Shown here: piece by piece, positions 10,341-21,489 of the stretch
Layout: each line of letters begins with the position of its first letter
Position numbering within the stretch: the first letter of the stretch is position 1
From: Octopus bimaculoides
Taxonomy: Eukaryota
Length of the DNA: 54,037 bases
Assembly: GCF_001194135.2 (NCBI RefSeq)
Contig: NC_068989.1
Coordinates: forward strand, 74,218,879 to 74,272,915
Direction of reading: 5' to 3'
Translations under genes and position numbers: made by a program
Notes under the pieces: model-generated
Database searches by the model: none
Seen by the model: only the letters and a program-made list of their open reading frames with translations
Told to the model about the DNA's origin: nothing

Positions 10341-13300
10341 CTCCTTTGATGTCTTCGATGGTACATTTATTCCGTTATCTAGTTTAACTCCACCACCTGC
10401 ACATTCAGACAGGATCCTAACTCTGAGGATAACCTCATGCTTTTACCGTTCCGGGGGATGTAAAAAATCATGCCAGTTGCCATTCCTACTCAGAGGAAGC
10501 CATACAAAATCGGATACTTATCTCGTCTCTAATTCACTTTAAATATTAGAACCCGAACTGAAATTTGTATTGATTTGATTTATCTGAAAGTGTTGGAATA
10601 ATATATTCAATGTGCGAAATTTAGACACCACATATGTTATTTATCTTATTCGATAAACACATTTGTGGAAGCACGACTAATAGCAGTTTGTAGCTAATAC
10701 TTATTCTGAAATGTTTACTAGTTGGTTGCTGTCTACTTGATGTGTTAGCTGTGTTTGTTAAAATATTACATGTACCTAAAGTGTTCCTACACATGAAATT
10801 GCTTGTGGATACCTATTACATTACATTTAAAATAAGAAAAATGAAGCCAATAAAATGTTAAAATATACATAGTAAAAATTACAATAATCGTATTTACGAA
10901 TACTTGGTATTGAGTATTTATATTCGTGCTCTGTAGCTGGTATTGCTTTCTCACTTTGATCTATTTTCCACTTACTTTAGTTTACATAGCTAAACATATC
11001 TGCTTTAACAGGAGAAATAATAATTTATCATAGACTAAAATGCATTGGTAAGGGAAATTTATCGCTCATCCGATTAACCCTAAGAAGACCGGAGTTACCA
11101 ATGTGTCACGAAGTAGTTTACACCTAGTAGAAACGATTTAAACTGGCATTAACAATTATAGGTGCTGGCATCGTTGTCTATTGAAAAATCTACGTAATCA
11201 CCTAGTTGTGTGTTCGATCCAGTTATGTAACACCTTGTTTAAGTAGATGGAGTATGTATGGAAGTCCTACAAGTAAGACAGAAAGAGTGCGGAAACCCAT
11301 TGGAAAGACTTTTTTTTCTTTTCTTCTTTGAAGATAGGCCAAATCATCATACGGTTAAGCTTCACACTTGCCCTTCGAGGAATGACTGGAATGGAGTTCA
11401 CACCGTTGAAAGCTTTTGTGCTAACTATCTTTTGTGAGGGTATCAACATCTTTCTGCGTTCCTCCCGTTAGTATAGGAAATTCTGTAAAACAAAACAATG
11501 TCCTTGGTGCTGACCTAGCTACTGCGGATGAATGTATGAACTACGTGAATATTTTGTTACAAACTTACGTATTCCAAAAGATACTCAGTACTCCGTTCTA
11601 TAATCAATTTCTTAAAGATATCAACCTGGTAATCGATACATTTCTAAAAGAGCATGTACATGTCATGGACACTCATCCTTACTCTTCTGGCAATTTTGTA
11701 GGATAAAACTAATTATAACGCATACTAAAGAAGTATTTATATAGCTATATTCGTTCCCATAATGAGCCGGCCATTTTTAATCTCCGTATACGCAATAGTG
11801 AAATAGCTGTGTCATGATTTTATTTTAGTTTTGTTTATTAGCCGCGTCAAGCGATTAATAAAGCATTTTGTTTAACAAGTGGATTAATCAATTAATTCCT
11901 GGGATCGTCATTTATAGCCTTTTTATGAAGTGATAAGCTGATGAAGCACAAATCTCCATAAAATTTAAGTCAGCATATCTGTATAGTTGAAAGTAATTAT
12001 AATGAAATCCAATAATTTTATGGAATTAATCTAGAACCTAATCATTTTTATAAAATGTAGCATGCTAGCTTAAAAACTCACTTAAGAGATCGCAAATGTT
12101 AAATCCAGGCACCTGACTGAAAAAATCGGAGTCAATTTGTAATTCAGCTTGCCTGACTCTGGACAAAGGAAACCATTAATATTATCCATAATGGGAATTA
12201 TAGGGGCTGCTGTTCTTGCTCGACTTGAGAAATCACATTGTTTAACACTTCTTGACCACGTCATACATTTAATGGAAGTCATTTGTTACAAATCTATGAG
12301 AACTTTAGGTCGCCTATCAAAGTGTTACGTCTGTCCCTGATGCCTTTTGTAGGAAATTTCCTGTCAGATTACTCAATTGAAAGTAATGTGATAGAATGAT
12401 TTCATGGCGTGCAGACTGTATTTTTCGCACACACTCTTTCTCACCTCCGATGAAATCCAACATTAATCTATATATCTCAACCTTTACATACTGATGTCCA
12501 AGAAATTGATACTTTTAGTAACACATCAACATATACAGCTATGTTTCCTCTCCCAAACACACACGCGCACACAAACAAACACACACACACACACGTGAGC
12601 GTACTTACAGTGTGCGTGGGTCTGCGTGTGCGCGCGTGCGTGAAAGGGATAGAGGGGTGAGGTAAATGTTTGGGAGGTGTCCGTGTAGCCAAGGGTGTGG
12701 ATATTATGAGTGCAGGCGTGCATGTGTTTGCGTGTGTGCGTGTTGCATCTCTTGCCCTATCACGTCAAGTTTCTTAACGGTATTTCTTAAATAATTACTA
12801 GCGTTCCCTATACAACTTTGCTTCCCATATATGTATGTATGTGTATGTATGTGTATATGTATGTATGTGCATGTATATGTGCATATGTGTGCATGTGTGT
12901 ACATATATATGAAAATATATATATGCATATGCATGTATAACTATATAAATCATATATTGTAGTTTCTTACATTTGTTAAAATATCTTTGATGCATTGTTC
13001 CACATTATTCATCCTCTCGGATTTCTTTTAATACACCGATCGAAACATATGTCGGTGATTTGGTGATATAAATCATTTAAATGAAATCTTGAGCGTTTGT
13101 CTCTATTTTCCATTATTCTTATGTCTCCAAAACGCGTCTCGCTTCTCCCCGGAATTAACTCCTACGCAATATGATCACTAATTCCTAGGACCCTTATGTG
13201 ACATCGGGCTACCTTGCTATTGTCCCTCTGGATCTTTCCTATAAATTGAACATTCACATACATATCAATATATACGCATAAAGAGAGAGAAAGGACGGGA

Positions 13301-13843
13301 AGAAAAATTGATACAGATAGATGTTATCAGTTTTGTTTCATAATAATAATATATGTAACGTTGAAAATATTGCCTTTATTAGAAACGAATATAATTAAGG
13401 TGAAATAAGAAATAATTTTACAAATTTAATGTTTAGCGATTTGTTGGAAAATGTCTGAATTTGTTTTTACAGTGAAATAGTTTGAGATGTAGAATTGAAA
13501 TTTAACAAGAAGAATTATAAATTGAAATATAGTTTAGCCAGAAAATTGTTTTCAAAGGTGTGTATAAGCCAATTGTCTACTGTCTTTTCAATTTTATCTC
13601 CAATGTTATTAGATATTACATTTAAATTAGCTGATTCTAACAACGGAAACATTAGGGATATTAGAACTTTCTAACACTATAAAAAGATTCGTTAATTCTC
13701 TTACGTGTATTGCAAATTATTACAAAGTATTAGAAGAAAATATATTAACAACGCGGTTATAATTATTTTGAGAAAAAATATGATTGTTCATGAAGTTGTT
13801 GGTAAGAAAATGAGTTAATCATAATTTCTTCAACTGTCTGGAC

Positions 13844-14379
13844 CAGAGGTGGGGAAACTTTTTAGTGCGACGGGGAAAATTTTTCAGTGACAAAGGTCTG
13901 CGAGTACCACAAGTTCTAACTCTTATATCTGTGCAAATTTTGTATATACATATATTTCTATGTACAATTCGATAAACATTAACAAAGATAAGTTTAACAC
14001 ATTAGATTAACGCCTAACATCTTCATTAACATAGCCACTGAATTTAGGACGTTTATATTACTTATGCGGTATTCTATATTTTTCAGCTAGAGTGTAGTTG
14101 GGCCTCAATGAGATGATACGAACGTAGCAATATGTATTTTATAGTGAAAAAAAATTTCCATCCAAATGCCAATTACCGGACGATTTCTGTTCGAGTTTAA
14201 CCGTTTTAAGTTGTAGTGGAAACGCGAACTATGGCGCAAATCGACATATGAATATTGTATAAATTGTATAATTAAAAAATTCATTATATTTTGTACATAT
14301 GAGTGTATCGGCCAGCGGGCGCAATAAAATGTGCTCGCGGGTGCAATTGCACTCGTGGGCAGGAGTTTCCCCACCACTG
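13844..14379. mobile_element. hAT (Charlie/Buster-like) MITE, 536 bp, non-coding
   Basis: 16-bp TIRs CAGAGGTGGGGAAACT and AGTTTCCCCACCACTG (1 mismatch). 8-bp TSD GTCTGGAC (13836-13843) and GTCTAGAC (14380-14387), matching the NTCTAGAN target preference of Charlie/Buster hATs. Confidence 0.9.
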
Positions 14380-14885
14380 GTCTAGACTAATGTATTAAAA
14401 TGTTTAGAATATTTTTGTCTTGCATGGTAACAGATTACACTCACGCATTTTGGTAGTCTACTCATTTACCTCTGATTTTCTCTCTCTCTCTCTCGATATT
14501 TTGATGTAATTGTCTAATATGCGTACTTCACACATTCCATTCTATCTGACTTTACCCGACTATACAACAAACCGTGTACTATATTGAAACATTGGAACTA
14601 CAAAAAATTAGATTATGTTAAACCAAAAACAAACATAATACCTGGTGTAATATGATGGTAAGGTTAATTCATATTACTATTTTTGCAAATATTTTAGTGA
14701 ATAACGCAAAATGACTTAAGGATCCAGCATGAGGCTTGGATAATATGTTCATGTGTGGAGAAGGTTTTCTCTTTCGGATAATAGTAATTCCTTTGAAAAA
14801 GAAAACATCAAATTGTTTTTTAAATGTCTTTGTGTAGTAAGTATTAATTGGAAATTGAAAGAAAAATCGAAGAAACCTTATATAC

Positions 14886-16222
14886 ACGATGGAAGTGTAG
14901 AGAGAATTGCCTGACGATGGAAGCGTAGAGAGAATTGCCTGACGATGGAAGCGTAGAGAGAATTGCCTGACGATGAAAGCGTAGAGAGAATTGCCTGACG
15001 ATGAAAGCGTAGAGAGAATTGCCTGACGATGGAAGCGTAGAGAGAATTGCCTGACAATGGACGCGTAGACAGAATTTCCTGACGACGGAAGCGTAGAGAG
15101 AATTGCCTGACGACGGAAGCGTAGAGAGAATTGCCTGACGATGGAAGCGTAGAGAGAATTGTNNNNNNNNNNNNNNNNNNNNNNNNNNNNNNNNNNNNNN
15201 NNNNNNNNNNNNNNNNNNNNNNNNNNNNNNNNNNNNNNNNNNNNNNNNNNNNNNNNNNNNNNNNNNNNNNNNNNNNNNNNNNNNNNNNNNNNNNNNNNNN
15301 NNNNNNNNNNNNNNNNNNNNNNNNNNNNNNNNNNNNNNNNNNNNNNNNNNNNNNNNNNNNNNNNNNNNNNNNNNNNNNNNNNNNNNNNNNNNNNNNNNNN
15401 NNNNNNNNNNNNNNNNNNNNNNNNNNNNNNNNNNNNNNNNNNNNNNNNNNNNNNNNNNNNNNNNNNNNNNNNNNNNNNNNNNNNNNNNNNNNNNNNNNNN
15501 NNNNNNNNNNNNNNNNNNNNNNNNNNNNNNNNNNNNNNNNNNNNNNNNNNNNNNNNNNNNNNNNNNNNNNNNNNNNNNNNNNNNNNNNNNNNNNNNNNNN
15601 NNNNNNNNNNNNNNNNNNNNNNNNNNNNNNNNNNNNNNNNNNNNNNNNNNNNNNNNNNNNNNNNNNNNNNNNNNNNNNNNNNNNNNNNNNNNNNNNNNNN
15701 NNNNNNNNNNNNNNNNNNNNNNNNNNNNNNNNNNNNNNNNNNNNNNNNNNNNNNNNNNNNNNNNNNNNNNNNNNNNNNNNNNNNNNNNNNNNNNNNNNNN
15801 NNNNNNNNNNNNNNNNNNNNNNNNNNNNNNNNNNNNNNNNNNNNNNNNNNNNNNNNNNNNNNNNNNNNNNNNNNNNNNNNNNNNACGATGGAAGCGTAGA
15901 GAGAATTACCTGACGACGGAAGCGTAGAGAGAAGTGCCTGACGATGGAAGCGTAGAGAGAATTGCCTGACGATGGAAGCGTAGAGAGAATTGCCTGACGA
16001 CGGAAGCGTAGAGAGAATTGCCTGACGATGGAAGCGTAGAGAGAATTGTCTGACGATGGAAGCGTAGAGAAAATTGCCTGACGACGGAAGCGTAGAGAGA
16101 ATTGCCTGACGACGGAAGCGTAGAGAGAATTGCCTGACGATGGAAGCGTAGAGAGAATTGCCTGACGATGGAAGCGTAGAGAGAATCGCCTGACGATGGA
16201 AGCGTAGAGAGAATTGCCTGAC
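14886..16222. repeat. 28-bp minisatellite (CCTGACGATGGAAGCGTAGAGAGAATTG)n
   Basis: About 10 units before and 12 after an N gap (15163-15884), with no spacers. Confidence 0.97.
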
Positions 16223-16719
16223 CTTCGTGAATGTAGTATCTATGAAAAAGTATTTACTGCAAGTAAAAATTGTATCTATTCAACAACCTAATACGTTTTC
16301 TGCTTATATTAAATTATTTTCCTTTCATAATTAAATTAATCAAACAAAAGCTTGTAGCACTTTATATTTTTCTTTTTTCAAAGTTTAAACTACTGAAGAA
16401 GATATATGATACGTTTGATAACAGACATTGTGTGAAGTATGTTAGACAGATGTAAATAAATATCTAAATGAAAAGACGATTAGAAATTGAGTAAAAGATT
16501 ATTAAAATGTGGGAGAATATCGTATAAAAATTATATATAACACCAAGCATAAATATTCTATCAAAATTGTCTACACATTTAAATAGAGTAACTTTTAACA
16601 CTGTATTTTTACAAAATTTCTCTTATCCATATATGCATACACGTAATCAGACACACATAAGAATACACAGACACGCACGTATACACACATGTTTTAATGT
16701 TTGATCTCATGTTGTAAAG

Positions 16720-16931
16720 TTTTCAAATTTTGGCACAAGGCCAGCAATTTACGAGGGTGGGGTAAGCCGATTACATCGACCCCCGTGCACAACTGGTAAT
16801 TACTTTATCGACCACGAAAGGATGAAAGGCCAAGTCCACCTGAGCGGAATTTTGAACTCAGAACGTAAAGACGGACGAAACACCGCTCTGCATTTTACCC
16901 GGCATACTAACAACTCTGCCATTTCGGCGCC
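16720..16931 (-). mobile_element. tRNA-derived SINE family A
   Basis: ggcacaaggccagcaattt..catcgacccc..gaactcagaacgtaaag..ctaacaactctgcc is the reverse complement of family A. Confidence 0.85.
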
Positions 16932-17046
16932 TAAAGTTTTATGTTTTAACAAAAACAGTTTTACATTAAATTGAAGGATTACAGTTACTTCGAAGCTAAG
17001 GCATCATAGGACAGTTCAAAGGTGGCTTAGCTGACCGAAACCTCCA

Positions 17047-17112
<66 letters not shown>

Positions 17113-17150
17113 TGTATGTATGTATGCATATATATTATTGCGTACATACA

Positions 17151-17187
<37 letters not shown>

Positions 17188-17189
17188 CG

Positions 17190-17948
17190 CCGGTAGAAGC
17201 CACTTCATGCAACCCACAGGCATCACTCTGCCAACCAGCGTTGTCGGGTGGGACCGTACTGCCACGTGGTGTGTCTTTGCTTTGCAGGGCTTCTCTGTTT
17301 GTCGATTTTTGTAGTAGCTGAAACGAAGGAGCAGCGTGCATCTGTGAAATTCTCTTTCCTGCTGGGGGGAAACGGCGGCCGAATCAGTTGTCATACTTCA
17401 AACAGCCTACCAGGACGTTGTCATGAGCAAAGCATAAGTTTACGAGTGGTTTTCACGCTTAAGAGATGCTCACTTGTCGCTCGAAGACCAAACTCGTTGA
17501 TGGCAACCGTCAACCTCCTGAACGGATGAAAACATGAAAATTCATGAACAAATCTTGGACGACCGTTACCGAACATTTGACGAACTTGTCTATATGATTG
17601 CTGTGTCTTGGAGCTTCTGCTAACGAATTTTGAGCGAGGAATTGCGAATGAAACAACAAAACCTGCGCCCCGCTTGATCACAGAAGATCAACACAGTCAC
17701 GAATGAATGTGTGTCGTGAACCGAAAGAACAGTTGGAAATTCATCCGGACCTTTTTTCGTAGGTCTTTATTGGTGACGAAAGCTGGTGCTACGAAATTTG
17801 CAGATGTGAAAGATGTGAAGAAATCAATAGTGGAAGCGTTGAAAGGCATCACTTCGCAAGAGTTCTGGCACTGCTTCGAAAAGTGGAAAACGCATCTGAA
17901 CCGCTGTATTGCTTCTATTGGAGAATACTGTGAAGATGATGAAAGTAG
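17190..17948 (+). mobile_element. mariner transposase relic with large internal deletion
   Basis: [27 protein letters not shown] (HTH region) and GDESWCYE (first catalytic D), joined directly to FADVKDVKK..CFEKWK..CIASIGEY (C-terminus). Stops and frameshifts present. Confidence 0.9.
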
Positions 17949-18010
17949 GGCACATCTATTGGATGTTGTATGTATCGATCAATATACCCATACATACATA
18001 CATACATACA

Positions 18011-18046
<36 letters not shown>

Positions 18047-19929
18047 TATATANNNNNNNNNNNNNNNNNNNNNNNNNNNNNNNNNNNNNNNNNNNNNNNN
18101 NNNNNNNNNNNNNNNNNNNNNNNNNNNNNNNNNNNNNNNNNNNNNNNNNNNNNNNNNNNNNNNNNNNNNNNNNNNNNNNNNNNNNNNNNNNNNNNNNNNN
18201 NNNNNNNNNNNNNNNNNNNNNNNNNNNNNNNNNNNNNNNNNNNNNNNNNNNNNNNNNNNNNNNNNNNNNNNNNNNNNNNNNNNNNNNNNNNNNNNNNNNN
18301 NNNNNNNNNNNNNNNNNNNNNNNNNNNTATATCAACACGCACATATATATGTATACTCACACAAGGATTTTGTTATTTTCTCCTAGTCTAGTTTCTTTCG
18401 GTGATGTTTTACTCAAAGCTGATTTGAAAGACAGAAACGGAACCGAAATTATTTAACTGACAACCATGAGAACAATTTCGAAACGAGTGGTGATATATAA
18501 CTATTTGTTTGAAAATAATCTTTTAAACTTGTTCTTGTTTCGTAAATGACTTGATGCGAGACCATATGTTGAAACTGAAGCAATTGTATCGAGAAACGAA
18601 ATATTTCCAACATATAATTGTAATACGTTTCCCATCATTTAGTTATTACTTAGATGTGCATATTTAACTTATCACATCGTTCATTTCTCGCGGTTTTAAA
18701 TACTTAAGGTTTAATACATTCTATCATCACAAAATTATCCTAAATTATTCCAAGTATTTTGTATGTCTTCATAAATGTGTACCTTTTTTAATCCATTCTT
18801 TTTAATTCACTTATTCTCCCGTTCTTATCTTTCATTCATAATTCAATTTTACTTATATATTTATTATTCACACTTCCCAGATTAAAATTCTTATCTCTGG
18901 GCTTATGTTGAAAGGTTTGAGTTTTACAATTTCTTTACACTATCATACATCATACCGCTTTTATTAACAACAGGGAGATTAGACACACGGACACACAGAA
19001 ATACACAGACTCACACACAAAAGCACACGCCAATTTATTATTTTGCCTTAGCATTGTTATGTGTAATTTGTGATTAATTTTATAATGTGTGTGTGTATGT
19101 GTGTGTAAGTGAGGGAGTCATTCAGTATAAGCAATATAGTTAATTTATTCAAAGCAATAATGTCATTTAGATTGTAAAAGCCATTCGGTGTAATTGGTAA
19201 TACATTACTGTTTCTAAGAGCATGTATTTAATGTTGAATGGGTTCTATATAGTGATGTTAAAACTTCAAAAAACAACAAAATAAAAATAGCGAGTAGTTT
19301 ATAGCCCTGTATATGTCACTTTGTGCGTTTGGTGGATACTATATCTCGTGTAAGATGTTAGCGAGTCGATTTTAAGAAATTTCTAAACGATACTTTTAAG
19401 GTGATTGGATGTTTCATGAATATAAAGAAGATTTTGATGCGTTGGGTCATTTTTCCTTTTAGTGTGCATATTGTAAAATGTTTAAAGTTCATGTAACAGC
19501 AAATTAACGTGCTCTAAAGAGGGTTCGTCTATAAAGTAAAAACCACAATTTCCGAAATCGATCAGTGATTTGGTTATTACAGTTCTGCATTTTAATTACA
19601 GTTGCAACATCTATGTAATCCATCAGGGATAGATGGGGAATTATTCGTAAAAGGATTTTAAAATCTACTCTCCGACATTATGGCTATCTTCATCATTAAT
19701 TTGATGGTCTATTATAACAAAGTATCTACTACTGAACTATCCATACTCCTGTTTAATACATTATGTTTTTAATTACGAATGCATTCTGCCATATTGCTTT
19801 TCTGTCTTTCCATCCACATCGATAGAAAACAACTTCAGCATTAATTTCATTGCCACATAAATGAATCGTGGGCATTGTTCAAGCTAAATTATTTCAGGCC
19901 ATTAACTTGGCAGTGAGTAATTTTCAGAA

Positions 19930-19970
<41 letters not shown>

Positions 19971-20020
19971 NNNNNNNNNNNNNNNNNNNNNNNNNNNNNN
20001 NNNNNNNNNNNNNNNNNNNN

Positions 20021-20080
<60 letters not shown>

Positions 20081-20099
20081 GAATTTCGTAATGAGATAA

Positions 20100-20495
20100 A
20101 AAACCAAGGGTGGGTATAATATAGAACATTTATAAATAGGTCTTACAGCTGTTTCCAGGATATTTATTATATCCCTTCATCGGAGACGGTGTGAGAGGAT
20201 GGTTAAGCAATAGTTAGTTTAGATAAGATAGGAAATAGAGAGTGAATGTAGGGATATTGTATTTCTAAATCCATTGTTTATGCAGAATGGTATACATATA
20301 AGATACCAATACCTTGTGAGTAAAATCCAATAGTCTTTAAGATTGGTCATTTCATTTGTAAATCCATTATTAAGATTCCAATTTCCTATGAGTAAAATCC
20401 AACAGTCTTTGAAATTGGTCATTCCAAATACAGATTTTATACACTGTTATCGAATCAAGGGTTCTGTTTAAAGGGACCTAAATTTTCACCCTCAG
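20100..20495 (-). mobile_element. Probable Penelope-like element end containing a 72-bp-period duplication
   Basis: Carries the hammerhead motif below. 35-bp direct repeats at 20317-20351 and 20389-20423. Flanked by (TA)n and a gap. Confidence 0.4.
20140..20187 (-). ncRNA. Minimal type I hammerhead-ribozyme-like motif with variant core
   Basis: Minus strand GTCT-CCGATGA-A-GGGATAT-AATAA-ATATCCT-G-GAAAC-AGCT-GT-A-AGAC gives stem I GTCT/AGAC, a 7-bp stem II, palindromic stem III ACAGCTGT and a GUA cleavage triplet. Confidence 0.65.
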
Positions 20496-20562
20496 NNNNN
20501 NNNNNNNNNNNNNNNNNNNNNNNNNNNNNNNNNNNNNNNNNNNNNNNNNNNNNNNNNNNNNN

Positions 20563-20599
<37 letters not shown>

Positions 20600-20699
20600 T
20601 ATATACACACATATATATATACATATATATATATATACATATATGTATACACATATATACTTATATATATATATATACATATATATGTATATATATAGA

Positions 20700-20885
20700 T
20701 ATGGAGAATACACAAAAAACAGAAGACGAAGACAGGTGGTGTAGAAGATGTAGTAGTATAACGCTCGGTAAGTGAAAAAGTGTAACGTTTCGAGCCTACG
20801 CTCTTCCACAGAAATGAACACGGAAAGAAACAAGGAGAGAAAAAAAAGAATGTGTAGTTGTTAGCGATCTATCATGGCGAACGAA
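20700..20885 (-). mobile_element. Penelope-like element end with hammerhead-like motif (20783-20811)
   Basis: Minus strand CTGTGGA-A-GAGC-GTAG-GCTC-GAAAC-GTTA with palindromic ACGT stem III. Same family as 157-345 and abuts (TA)n. Confidence 0.55.
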
Positions 20886-20890
20886 TGTAT

Positions 20891-20981
<91 letters not shown>

Positions 20982-21006
20982 TACACACACACATACACAC
21001 ACACAC

Positions 21007-21035
<29 letters not shown>

Positions 21036-21037
<2 letters not shown>

Positions 21038-21489
21038 CAGTAATTTTGAGAGCTGTACTTTTGAGATCCGTTCTAACATTTTGCGTAAGAGTCCGACAGT
21101 CCCTATCTGAAAATTTTGGTTTCCTTCCGGAGTTTTGTTTCGAAGAGGAAGTTTTTCCCTTCTTCTCAAAAGCTGTCATTACTTTCAAGAGAGTACTTCT
21201 TCATATACCAAACATTTCGTTTGTTTTCATTACGCTAGCGCCTGCCATCCGAGCACGAACAATTTGACCTCTTTGAATGTCCGATAGATCTGTCATTTTT
21301 ATGAATTTTAATTACCTTTTTCTGATGATATCTGAAACGAAACAGCAATTTTAGCAAAACACATTAAGCAACACTAATAATAAATAAAATAAAAGACATA
21401 AGAATAAACAAGCTTTTGGCAGTTTTATAGATATTTCAAAATGATGATGCTATGATGATAGTTGTTTCCATTATGTTGTCCAGCCCCTG
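21036..21489 (-). mobile_element. Tc1-like transposon 5' end (TIR plus transposase N-terminus), truncated at (CA)n
   Basis: TA-CAGGGGCTGGACAACATAATGGAAAC terminus at 21489. ATG at 21296 gives MTDLSDIQRGQIVRARMAGASVMKTNEMFGI*RSTLLKVMTAFEKKGKTSSSKQNSGRKPKFSDRDCRTL, a paired-like HTH with GRKPK linker. Confidence 0.88.

Noticed and set aside
14886-16222. 28-bp repeat as a CRISPR array
   Set aside because: Units are head-to-tail with no spacers, there are no cas genes, and the context is eukaryotic
16996-17045. AGCTAAGGCATC/GGTGGCTTAGCT stem followed by GAAAC
   Set aside because: No catalytic core upstream; origin unassigned
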